Below, piece after piece: positions 50,781 through 62,883 of a stretch of 64,000 nucleotides of DNA (position 1 is the stretch's first letter; every line of letters begins with the position of its first letter). The notes below the pieces were generated by a model. It ran no database searches and was not told the DNA's origin. It was given only the letters and a program-made list of their open reading frames with translations. This stretch comes from Geosiphon pyriformis uo1 (taxonomy: Eukaryota > Fungi > Glomeromycota). The position numbers and the translations under genes are program-made. Location of the stretch: positions 124,001-188,000 of the forward strand of contig JAAOMT010000046.1 of NCBI GenBank assembly GCA_016748015.1. The letters run 5' to 3'.

Positions 50781-50797
50781 TGGTGCTCCCTGTGAGG
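50781..50797 (+). promoter_or_regulatory. G1 primer binding site TGGTGCTCCCTGTGAGG
   Basis: 6 nt downstream of the 5' LTR; degenerate versions at 9284 and 23468. Confidence 0.88.
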
Positions 50798-50826
50798 TTG
50801 TCAAAATTCACTTTGTTTCCTATTGT

Positions 50827-52445
50827 ATGGGTGATTATTCATACCTGCCATAACAATCAGAAGAACACTTTAAAGCACACAACAAAAATAATCTAGACTT
50901 TATTGAACTCAATTCTTTGCTCTTCTGCTTGATTTGCTTTCTCATTGAAGAACAATCCAGCAGACAATTCCAAAACTTTTGGAACTGGTTCTTGAATGAG
51001 CATTCAGCTGAAACCTACACAGCTTATACAATCTATTACTTTGACCAAGCTTATTTTGAAGACAACTTTAAAGGAAGAAACAACAGTATCAATTAGCTTT
51101 TATATTCTGCAACCTTTGAACAACAGGCTCCTGATTTGAATATCTGAATCATCAAATCCACATTTAGATTGCTGTCTATCAATTAACAAAAACTCCTCTT
51201 AAAACAGAAGAAGAAAGCTATCAAACTGCTCCTGTTTTTAATCTCTTTTCAAGTGAATCAGAACACTCTACACAAACAGTTACACCTGAACCAATGGCTC
51301 AAGACTCTCTGCAACAAAACATTCTGATTGCCCTCCAAGATATACAGACTGCTTTAGGGCAAAGAAATAACATCTCATTACCATTATTCAAAGGTGATGC
51401 TCAAGATCCAATTGAATGGTTGGATGACTTTGAGAGAGCTGTTACAGCCAATCAATACGATGATGAGTACAAGTTTCAAATTGTTGGTGGCTACCTCCAA
51501 GGCTTTCCTGCTACATGGTTCTTACAGGAAATTGATGCTAATGCTCATCAAAGAATCATTAGATGGATGCCAGCAAATGCCAGAGAAAACAACACCTCTT
51601 TCACAACCCGGTTTGAAAACAAGTTCAGAACTCCAATCTTGATATCCAAGTGGTGCATAGAATTAGAAAGAAGAACCCAAGGCCCAGGAGAAGTGGTAAC
51701 TGAATATGCCAAAGCAATCAGAAAATTGATTGAGTGTATAGACTCTGGAAGAAACTGGACAAAAGAGCAAAAAATTCATTCCTTCACAAAAAGACTGAGA
51801 ACTGATTTATCTTATGCTTTTTGGCCTCTTTTGGCTCTGAAGGATAACTCTACAATAAACATGGCTATTGAACTTGCCCAACGAATTGAAGACAACCAAA
51901 GAATGCATTTGGGGTCTATACTTTCAGTTTTTGCTCCTGTTTCTGTCATGGCTCTTGCTCCTCCAATGGCTGCTATTTCTTTTGCTGCTCAAACTCAAGA
52001 CCCAAATGAACAGTTGATAGATAGACTTACAGCAAATCTTGTTTGGCTATTAGAACCATTAGCCCAAGCAGTCAGAGATAACCAACAACCCCAAAGACCC
52101 AGATTTGAACCATGCTTCAATCAACCTCAGCAATCACCTTATTAAAGACAACAAAATTGTGGCCCACTTGTGTGCTATTACTGTGGATTAACTGAACATT
52201 TTTCAAGAGATTACAACAATCTTCTCTTACTCCCTCCAGCTCCCAGAAACAATAATAACCAAAACAATAGAACCATTAACAACAATGCCCCCAATCAAAG
52301 ATCTAATCATGCCAATATCAATTTTTTTGGAAAGAAGCCCCTAGTTGAAGCCACTGTTTATTAGCCTTTAAACTGGTATGCACACTTCCAAAGAGTAAGA
52401 GTACAAGCCAACCAGAAGAAAACCCCTTTTACACCTTTAACTTAA
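50827..52445 (+). pseudogene. G1 gag
   Basis: ORF 51294-52145 (LPLFKGDAQDPIEWLDDFERA), knuckle CYYCGLTEHFSRDY. Confidence 0.9.
52367..52373 (+). promoter_or_regulatory. Putative -1 ribosomal frameshift heptamer T TTA AAC
   Basis: In gag frame at the gag/pol overlap; conserved at 10871 and 28405. Confidence 0.75.
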
Positions 52446-55400
52446 CTGATAATAATCATAACATGAATAAACTAGCAATTAACACCACAGAATCAACAAA
52501 GAAGAAGAAAAAAGCCAAGGTTGATTTCGTTTTGGATTCAAACAAATCATTTACATCAACTGCTAATAATAATAAGCTACCAAAGGCTAAAGTTTTTAAG
52601 AATCCTCCAAAGCTAGAACTCCCAGAAATAGTACAAAAATCTGGATCTTATTCTGTTGTTAAAGATCTCATGGAAACCCCAGCACATATTACCTTTGGCC
52701 AGCTGATAACCCATCCACAGTTAAGATCTCTAAGAAGAAAATACCAAAAACCAACAAATGCTCTCGTCAAGCTGGACTTGCTGACAACAGCAATGTTACC
52801 CTTTTAATTTACAAAGCCCAAGTGGCTGGTTATTTCATTGACTTGATCTTAGACAGTGGATCATCCATGAGTGTTATTGCCAAACATTTCTTAGAAGCAA
52901 TTGGCAGAAAAATTGATGAACCTTCCACCAAACTTATGACTAATGTACATGACAATAAAAAAAAAAGTCTTGGTATTGCCAAAGCTATTCTTGTCTGCAT
53001 CAATAGCATCAGCATTGAAACTGATATGGAGGTTTCTGAAACAAAAAAATACACCATTATTGTTGGCAATGAGTGGCTCAAGAAAGCAAAAGCCTTACTT
53101 GACTATGAACTGTGTGAATTAATCATCAGATATGGTGAGAAGCCCATAGTGGTTAAATGCTGCCATTGGACAACTCCCCTAGCAAACAAACAGGATCAAG
53201 AAGAAGAACAATCAGATGAATTAGATAATGAAGAGAATAATGAAGAAGAAGAACAAAAGGAACAAAAAAAAACTGCTAAACTCATATACACTACCTTTAC
53301 CAGCAATGGCAAGCCACTGGACAATGTCAAAGCTGACAAAGAAGAAATTATTGTGAATAACAAGCTAATCTGCTGGCTCTACTATGATATTCTTAGAAGA
53401 ATCTTTGACCAAAAGCCTAGCAAAAAAGCCAAGTACTGTTATTGGTGGCATGGTCCTTGTGCCCAGTGCTGGTGCAATCAACCCTTGTATTCTTCAAGTA
53501 ATAAATGCAAATTATGCCTAATCTATTACAAAAATTGGAAACCAATCAGTTTGATACCTAGAGATGAATTAAAAGAAGTACAGAAGTCCTTTGAGAATAA
53601 ACCACCTGAGATCCAATCATTAATAGTAAAACAAAGAGAATCCTCCTCAAAAGAAAGAAAGATAGACATTGAAAATCTGTTGGCAAAAAACAGCCCAGTT
53701 ATCTCAAAAGAAGGTGATACCCCAGGACGAACCCATGTAATACAACACACTATCACCACCAGAGAAACTTGCCCCATCTATTTGAAGCCTTACCAATCCA
53801 ATTGCTGAAATGATGAGTTCATCAAGAAAGAAATAAACCGAATGAAAAAACTTGGATTCATACAAAAAACCAAGAGTAAATGGGCTTTCCTAGTTGTAGT
53901 GGTATCCAAGAAAAGTGAAACTCTACACTTCTGTGTTGACTACCACCAATTAAATGCCATTACTGAAAGAAACATATACCCATTTCCCAAGATTGATGCA
54001 ATGCTGGACCAATTCAAAGATACTGCTTTTTTTTCAACTATTGATCTAACTGCTGGATTCTGACAAGTAGAGATGGATCCAGAAAGCTGGAAAAAAACCA
54101 CCTTCATCACCAAGTATGGTACCTATGAATTCACAGTCATGCTTTTTGGTCTTACTAATGCCCCTCCCATTTTTCAATGCTTAATGGATAAAGTATTTGA
54201 ATTAGTAAAAGAAAACTTTGTTCTGGTCTATCTGGATGATATAATAGTGTACTCAAAAACCTTGAATAAACACCTTGAACATTTGCAAAAGGTTTTTGAT
54301 CTTTTCAGAAATGCAGATCTCAAGATCAACCCAATCAAATCTTTTTTTGGAAGACAATCCACCCAATTTTTTGGCCATTTTATTACAAAAGATGGAATCT
54401 TCTCTAATTCAGCCAAAGTGGAAAAAGTTCAGAACATAAAACAACCAATAAATGTTCATGAGTTATGTTCTTTTCTTGGTTTGGCCTTCTATTATCGCAA
54501 ATTTGTTAAGAATTTCTCCAAAATTGCCTCTCCACTCAATTAACTACTCAGGAAAAATGTCAACTATCATTGGAGCACACATCAGCAGAAAGCATTTGAA
54601 ACCCTCAAAGAAAAATTGGTTACAGAACCTATTCTCAAGCAACCTGATCTAGATCAACTTTTCATTCTTCACACTAATGTATCTGGTTATGGACTTGGTG
54701 CTGTTTTCTCACAAAAAGATGAAGATGGCAGGAAATATGCATTAGCCTATGCCAGTAGAACTCTTACACCAGCAGAAAAGAACTATTTAGTTACTGAGCA
54801 GGAATACTTAGCAGTAGTTTGGGCTACCAGCTACTGAGATAAGTATCTCCTTGGTGTAAAGTTTTTGGTGGTAACAGATCACCAAGCTTTGGTTTGGCTG
54901 CACAACAAGAAAAGACTAGAACATAAATGGATAGCCTGCTGGATACTCCACTTGGATGAATTTGACTATGATATTCAACACTGTAAAGAAGCTAATCATC
55001 AAAATGCCAACACTCTCTTCAGACTTACCATCAAGTAACAGTACAATCTTCCAAACCAAACCAACCTAATTATTAGTAATTTTTTTACAACCAAACATGA
55101 TAATGGACTTGAACAACTATTCTGCCTTAATGGAATTTTTGGGTAAAAAACAATATCCACTGGAATACACTTAATAGCAAAGAAAACATTTGTGCAAACA
55201 ATCAAATTTTTATTTGATCTGCCAAAACCAATTATATAAAAGAAATAAAAAAGATCCTGACTGCCCCCAGAGAGTCATAAGATTTGAAGAAAGAGAAATT
55301 GTGATCTACAACATGCACACTGATCCATTAGCTGAACACTTTGAAAAAACAAAAACAATTCAGAAAACTCTAGCTTGCTATTATTGGCTTACCTTAGGAA

Positions 55401-56416
55401 AAGACATTGCTAAGCACATCAAAACCTGTGATACCTGCCAAAAAAGAAGAAAACCCAATTGCAAAGAAGACATCTATCCAATCTCTGTTGGCTAACCCTT
55501 TGATAAAATTGGTATAGATGTTGTTGGACCATTAACAGTAACTCCTAATGGCAACAGATACATTATCACAGCTATTGACTATCTTACAAAGTGGGTAGAA
55601 GCAAGAGCCACCCCAGATCAAACAGCAGTTTCCATTGCCAATTTCATTTATGAAAATATCATCTGCTGTCATGACTGCCCCAGAGAACTTTTATCTGATA
55701 AAAGAAAAGCTTTTCTCAGTACACTGGTTGAAAAACTTTGTAGAAAAATAAGAATACGTCACAAACTTTTCTCCTCTTATCACCCCCAAACAAATGGCCT
55801 AATAGAATGTTTTAATAGAATACTATGTGAAACTCTAGCCAAAACAAGTGAAGAATCAAACTTATGGAACAAAGTACTGTCTTCAGCTTTGTTTGCTTAT
55901 AAAACTGTGAATCATGACATAACAAGTTATGAACTTTTTTATCTGCTCTATGGATGCATAGCAACACTACTAATAGAAACTGACATTGAGACAATATCCT
56001 TTGAAGAGATCACAATAGCAAATTACAAAAACATTTTGCAAAGAAGACTTGGTACCATTCTTGACTCAATGATAGAAGCATGAATAGTTGCTTTTGAAAA
56101 AATAAAACAGTTTCAAGAAAAGCTTAAAAAGAAGAAAACCTATAAAACACTTTCTTTAAGTATTGGTGACTTGGTATTAGAATACCATTCAGACAGAGAC
56201 AATGTCTATGGTAATAAATTCTTTAGCCAGTAGAAAAGACTCTTTATAGTCAACAAAAATTTGAACAATGGTTCTTATATTCTTTAAGATCAATCTGGAA
56301 CAATCTTTAATGTCTGACCTGTTCATAGCACGCGACTCAAGAAATATCACAAACGACTTGATTGGTTGCCTGTTGTGGTAATACCAACTCAAATGATCAA
56401 CAAAAATCAAGTATAA
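52367..56416 (+). pseudogene. G1 pol (PR, Cys-rich insert, RT, RNase H, integrase)
   Basis: LILDSGS, YLDD, FLGLAFYYRKFV, HTNVSGYG, HHCC integrase fragments. Confidence 0.93.
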
Positions 56417-56458
56417 ATAAATGCACTATTCCCAAAACAGAGGTATCTTCAAATCGAC

Positions 56459-57115
56459 ATGAACAATTATTTTCTGGATCAAAACATTCAAAATGTCTTC
56501 TATACTCTCCATGAGTATTGGATTAAAAACTATCCAAATGCTACTTTGACCATTGGAAAACAAACCACAATAACTAATAACAGTAAAACACATACTGTTA
56601 TTAGACCAAAGAAAACAACTACCAGAAGAGAAAGAATTGGTAGCAAAATAGATAAGTATTTGCTGGAAAGCATAACAGCAGCAATACTTACACCTTCCAT
56701 GACAGTTGGAAAAACAATTAAAAAAATCTTATCCATAGACAAAAACTTGTTATATGGAAGACAACTAGAACTCTATGATCACCTTGGTGAAATTATAGAT
56801 GATATCAAGCTCATGAAGAAAACAACTTCAGAGATACAGGCAGAAATTTTGGGCATTATATAATTAGATGTTCCAAGAGTTTTAATCATTGCTAAAAGAG
56901 CCAAAACTCTAATACAAAGATTTAGTCTTTTGGATACAAAACTCATTTCGCCTTAAGTATTATACACCCTATCTACAAAAAACTTCAATAAATTAGTTAA
57001 CTTTGAGTTAAATCAAACTCTTCAAATAGATTACACTATAAATAGCTTGATTTCGTTGAAGCTCAATCTTTTTGGAGAGGATGATGTTATGGTTGAAACT
57101 TATATTTCTTATTAA
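56459..57115 (+). pseudogene. G1 ORF3 (one internal stop)
   Basis: 219 codons in one frame, ending inside the 3' LTR. Confidence 0.8.
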
Positions 57116-57983
57116 TTATTACATGTATTAGCCACTGATGTCATATGATTAGCCACACTATTTTTAGAAAGTGATCATTAATCTGATTATTGACCTGATC
57201 ATTGACCACTTTTGATAGCTATATAAGCAATGAATCTCTTAGCTGTAGAAAAGCATGTAATAACAAGCATCTGAATAATCAAGAATAAATAAAATAAAAA
57301 CTTTCATCTCAATCCTTCTCTTATTGCTAATTTCCCTTTCCCTACCTTTAAGTATCTGAACATCTTAAAGATAAAAGATTACTTGTTGGCCTTTTCCTGA
57401 CATATATAATTGTACATTTGAAAATTATTTGAATAAACGTGATTAAAAAGCACAAGTTGATATCTGATATTGAATTTTAAGAGCGCCGATGTGAAGCATA
57501 GAATTATACCAGTGGTGATTAATTATTGACAATATAGACTATCCCTCTACCTTCAGATTCCCCAGTTATCTTTGAAAAGAATAGCAACTGAGATATTTTA
57601 TGAGACTGATCTTGCACATTGAATCCATACTCATTCAATTTGCTCTTTAAAGTTGAATTCCCCTTTGGTTATTTTCATCACCCTACAATCCTGTTCTCCC
57701 TTGCTATCTGTTAGCTTGTTACTCCAACTCATAACAGTAATAAATTTTCTAACCAGTAAAAAAGACCTTTTATAGTTAACAAAGTTTTAAACAATGGTTT
57801 TTATATTCTTCAAGATCAATTTAGAACAATTCTCAATGATTATTTTGTTCATGATATATGACTCAAAAAATATTATAAACAACCTGATTGGTTGCCTTTT
57901 GTGGTAATACCAATCTAAATAATTAGCAAAAATCAAGTATAAATAAATACATTATTCCCAAACCAAAGGTATCTTCAATTAAC

Positions 57984-58640
57984 ATGAATAATTATTTTTT
58001 AAATCAAAACATTCAAAATGTCTTCTATACTCTCTATGAGTGTTGGATTAAAAACTATCCAAATGCTACTCTGACTATTGAAAAACAAACCACCATAACT
58101 GATAACAGTGGAACACATACTGTTATTAGACCAAAGAAAACTACTACCAGAAGAGAAAAAATTGGTAGCAAAATGAATAAATATTTGTTAAAAAGTATAA
58201 TAGCAGCTATACTTTCATCTTTTAGCATAATTGGAAAAACAATTCAAGAAATCTTGCCCATAGACAAAAATCTGTCATATGAAAGGCAATTAAAACTCTA
58301 TGGTCATCTTGGAGAAATCATAGAAGATATAAAACTTATAAAGAAAACAACTTCAGAAATACAGACAGAAATCTTAGACATTATATGGTTAGATGTTCCA
58401 AGAGTTTTAACTATTGCTAGAAGAACCAAAACTCTAATACAAAGATTTAGTCTCTTGGATACAAAACTTATTTCACCTCAAGTATTATATACTCTATCCA
58501 CAAAAAACTTTAACAAACTAGTTAGCTTTGAGTTAGATAAAACTCTTCAAATAGATTATATCATGAATAGCTTGATTTTGCCAGAGCTCAATTTCTTTGG
58601 AAAGAATGATATTACAATTAAAACTTATACTTCTTATTAA
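57984..58640 (+). CDS. G1 ORF3, intact 218 aa, unknown function
   Basis: ATG to stop uninterrupted; lies between integrase and 3' LTR. Confidence 0.8.
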   Translation: MNNYFLNQNIQNVFYTLYECWIKNYPNATLTIEKQTTITDNSGTHTVIRPKKTTTRREKIGSKMNKYLLKSIIAAILSSFSIIGKTIQEILPIDKNLSYERQLKLYGHLGEIIEDIKLIKKTTSEIQTEILDIIWLDVPRVLTIARRTKTLIQRFSLLDTKLISPQVLYTLSTKNFNKLVSFELDKTLQIDYIMNSLILPELNFFGKNDITIKTYTSY

Positions 58641-60162
58641 TTATCAAATATATTAGTTACTAATGTCATATAATTAGCCACTCTATTTTTAGAAAATAAT
58701 CATTGACCACTTTTAATAATTATATAAATAATAAATCTCTTAGCTGTAGAAAAACATGTAAGAATCAAAAGAAAAAAAAGAAATAAAATAACAACTTTTA
58801 TCTTAATCATTTTTTTATTATTAATTTTTTTTCTCTACCTTCAAATATCTGAACATTTTAAGATAAAAATTACTTGTTGGTTATTCTTTACCCTTTTTCT
58901 AAAATGTGTAATTGCAGCATTTGAAAATTATTGAATAAAACATAATTAAAGAGTACATCTGATACCTAATATTGAATTCTAAGAGCATTGATGTAAGGCA
59001 TAGAAATATACCAGTGTGTAATTATTTGTTGACAGTACAGACTATTTCTCTATTTTCAGATTTTTTGGTTATCTTTTGAAAAGTATAGCAACTGAGATAT
59101 TTTATGAGACTGATCTTGCACATTGAATCCATACTTATTCAATTTATTCTTTGAAATTGAATTCTTTTTGATTCTTTTTATCATCCTACAATTTTGTTTT
59201 CTTTTGCTATTTGTTAGCTTGTTACTCCAACCCATAACAGTGCATTTATTTATACTTAATTTTTGCTGATTATTTGAGTTGGTATTACCACAACAGACAA
59301 CCAATCAGGTTGTTTATAATATTTCTTGAGTTGTGTACCATAAACAAGATGATCAATGAAGATTGTTCTAGATTGTTCTTAAAGAATATAAGAACTATTT
59401 TTCAAAATTTGTTAATTAAAAAGAGTCCTTTCCACCAGTTAGAGAATTTATCTCTATAAACATTGTCTCTATCTAAATAATATTTTAATATCAAGTTACC
59501 AATACTTAAGGAAAGTGTTTTATAAGTTTTCTTTTTTTTAAGCTTTTTTTGAAACTGTTTTATTTTTTCAAAGACAATTATTTGTGCTTTTACCAATGAG
59601 TCAAGAATAGTACTAAGTCTTTTTTGCAAAATGTCTTTATAATTCTTTATTGTGATTTCTTCAAAGAGTATTGTTTCAATGTTAGTTTCTATTACTAGTG
59701 TTGCCATGTGTTCATAGAGTAGATAAAAAGGTTTTATAACTTGTTATGTTATGATTTACAGTTTTATAAGCAAACAAAGCTGAAAGCAGTATTTTGTTTT
59801 ATAAGTTTGTTTTTTCACTGGTTTTGGCTAAGGTTTCACATAATGTTCTATTAAAACATTTCACTAGACAGTTTGTTTGAGGGTGGTAAAAGAAGGAAAG
59901 TTTATAACATATTCCTATTTTTCTGCAAAGTTTTTCAACCAATATACTGCAAAAAGCTTTTTCTCTATTAGATAAAAGTTTTTTGGGACAGTTATGACAG
60001 CAGATAATAGCTTCATAAATAAAGTTGGCTATTGAGACTGCTGTTTGGTCTGGAGTGGCTTTTGCTTCTACCCACTTTGTAAGATAGTCAGTAGCTGTGA
60101 TAATATATCTATTGCTATCAGAATTTATTGTTAAGAATCCAACAACATCTATAACAATTTTG

Positions 60163-62574
60163 GGAAGTGTAGGTGAAAAAAACCTCTTTTTCTCTTCTAA
60201 AATTTATGACCATGACTAGAGCTAAGAGTAAAAAAATTGCAAACATTACTTTTTCTATTGTAACTAATAAAGTTTCAACATGAGAGAATCTCTCTGTTAT
60301 TGAAATAGTTAGACAAAACGTTCTGGCTATATTTCTTTTAAAAGACACTGGTGAAAAACTGCCTTTAGCAGCTTCTGGTTTATTTTCTTCTCCTTTGACT
60401 GGAAGTTTTTTTCCAGTCAAAGTTCCTTCAAAAAGGCACATTCAGATTAGTCCTAGTGTTGTTTTTACTACTTTAAAAAGCCCAAAAATTTTTAATAACA
60501 GACCAGTCAACAAGTTGGTCTTTTTTGCTCTTATCACTACCACTACTTCTATTACTATTACTGCTTCACAAATGGCTGTGAAAGCCAAAAATTCCAAAAA
60601 ACAGCAGCAGGCAGTTGCAACTGCTATGATGGCACTGAACCCCTTTGTGGTTCCAGATAAGATCTTGGAAAAGATCTCCACAGTAGCAGTCAGCTCTTTT
60701 CCTAATATGGATGGTAACAACAATGACACATCTCACAAGATAAGAAAAAATTAACCACAGGCTGTGTTGCCTGATGTGGTACTCTCTAGCAGATCTTTAT
60801 TTGTCATAGAAGCAAAACAGTCCATCACTCTAGATGATCTCAAAGATTGGGCTAATCAGATAAAAATGGAATCAACTGCTCTTCTTCCAGTTTCTAGCAC
60901 TGCTGATGGTAGTGCTTGGGAGAATGTAAATAGTCATCAAAAATTCTCTGGTTGGATGGCCTCCAATTTTGTGTCTAGTAGTACATTTAAGATCAAAATG
61001 GCCTTGCTTAGTTCCTTATTTTAGCTGTTGCCTGGTTGTATTGGGCTTAAGTCAGTTTCACAAGATGCTATCAAGTTGTTCTGTATGAAATTTGCATCTC
61101 AGAAGAGTCTAAATGGTGCCATCAAAGTGGCCATTGGTGAAGAAGTTTTTCTGATCACTCTTAAAATTGTGTGGTCTTCTGGTGTGGCTTCTGTATCTTT
61201 CCCTCCTTTGTCTGTTGCACTTTGTGATGTTTTCTTGGGTGATAACATCAAAGCTGCTCTTGGCATTTTTGGTGTTGTTATTTCTGTTAAGTTGAAGCCA
61301 GCTGGCTTGTGGCAATAAGCTGTGGTTCACTTCAAAGACATTTCTTCTGCTGCTGAGACCCTCAAACACTGGTCTGTGCTGGTTATAAAAGATAGTGTCA
61401 GAATTTTTTCTGTAGTTAACCAAAGAGAGGTTATTGCTTCAAGAGATGTATTTAAAGTTAAGCTGGTTAATCTTTCTTTTGGTTGTACTGCCTTTAAGAT
61501 TAGTAATTTGGTTTCCCAGGTTGGTAGCCAAACCTGTTTCATTCCTCAATCTCCTGATTTATACTGACATCAATGTTTTGCTGTGGTTATCTTTAATTTT
61601 CTGGAATCTTTAGACAATGCTGTGTCAAAAACTGGTACCTTATGTGATTGCTGTATCTTGTAAGAAACTCTTAAATGCTGTTACTGCTACAGGTGTCAAG
61701 GTTTGGATCATTTAACTGTGGATTGCAAGATGTCACTGCCTCTTCCTCCCCAACTCTATTGGTAGTCCCAAAGTTTTCAAGTCTTCATTCACTGGAGCTA
61801 AGTCTTATGTTAAAGCTGTTGCCTTTGTGGTTCCTCTTGCTGCTGCTGGTATAAATCTGGTTCTTGACTCAACCCCCAAAGTTGTGATACCCATGGTTTC
61901 TGACATCTTTCTTGTTTTAATTACTGTTGTTGAATCTAGATTGGTTTTTATGAAATCTCATCTCAATGAGTTGGCATTGTTGGTTAAGTTTATAATTGAA
62001 CCTGTTGGTTCTCTGGTTGTGCTGGTTACCAAACTGCTGTCTACTCCACCAGCTGTGGACATAACATTAAGAAAAAGTGTGGTTGGTTTGGAAAGACAAG
62101 TTAAAGCTATGATTGCTGTGGCTTTTATGTTGAATAGAGATGTTAAGTCTCTGACAAAAAAGTGTGATTGGATCTCCTTGGAAGATGTATCTAATAATAA
62201 TAATATGGATAATAATGATAATAAAGTTAAAAACTTTTCAGTCTATAATGACACCTTTGATATGATCATGCAACTGTGAAAGGATCAGCCTCTTAGTATT
62301 AAATCCAATCTTGATCAGACTGTTAAGTGAATGAGTGGTATGATTAAGAATAGTCATGAGCTTGTTAGCATTATGGGTAAGATATACGAGTTTGATATGT
62401 TCAATACATTAGGTAGCAAAGGTAGTACTAGTGTGTAATTAAGGCTTTCTGCTTGTGGTTAGCTGCATTTTGTAATTTTGTATTATTGAATAAGCTGGCA
62501 TTATAAAACTGCCACATTACTGTGGACTTAACTAATAAATAACTGGTGTGACTATATATTAACAAAAAAAAAAA
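60163..62574 (+). mobile_element. ORF1-only retroelement copy 5, full length (~2.4 kb)
   Basis: 16-bp TSD ATCTATA(A/C)CAATT(T/C)TG at 60147-60162 / 62575-62590; poly(A). Confidence 0.93.
60206..62438 (+). pseudogene. ORF1/gag-like protein (~740 aa): S/T/P-rich N-terminus, RRM-like domains, CCHC knuckle, coiled coil, acidic patch
   Basis: GIFGVVISVKLKPAGLWQ, KLVNLSFGCTAF, CYRCQGLDHLTVDC; homologous to LINE-A ORF1. Confidence 0.85.
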
Positions 62575-62883
62575 ATCTATACCAATTCTGTCAAATGGTT
62601 GGCCAACAAAGATTGGAAAGATATTTTTCTTCTGGTTGGGTTTTCTTTTTCTTTAGCAGATATTACAGGTTTTAATGTACTTAATAATGGCTTTTCCTAA
62701 AATAGACAAATAATAGCAAGCTAAAGTTTTCTGAATTGTTTTTGTTTTTCCAAAGTGTCTAGCTAATAGAACAGTATGCATGTTGTAAATCACAATTTCT
62801 TTTTCTTCAAATCTAATAACTCTCTGAAGATGATTAAAATCTTTTCTATTTCTTTTATACAGTTGGTTCTTGTAAATCAAATA

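Larger units (their letters stand above)
50122..57736 (+). mobile_element. G1 copy 6, structurally complete (7.6 kb)
   Basis: LTRs 50122-50774 and 57085-57736; PBS 50781-50797; PPT 57074-57084; perfect TSD GTAA. Confidence 0.96.
49563..59239 (+). mobile_element. G1 copy 5, 3' part (integrase core, ORF3, 3' LTR 58610-59239), host of copy 6
   Basis: 49563-50121 continues at 57737 across TSD GTAA. Confidence 0.88.
59240..62883 (-). mobile_element. G1 copy 7, integrase region only, interrupted by ORF1-only copies
   Basis: ORFs 59402-59707 and 62653-62886 are G1 integrase pieces. Confidence 0.88.
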
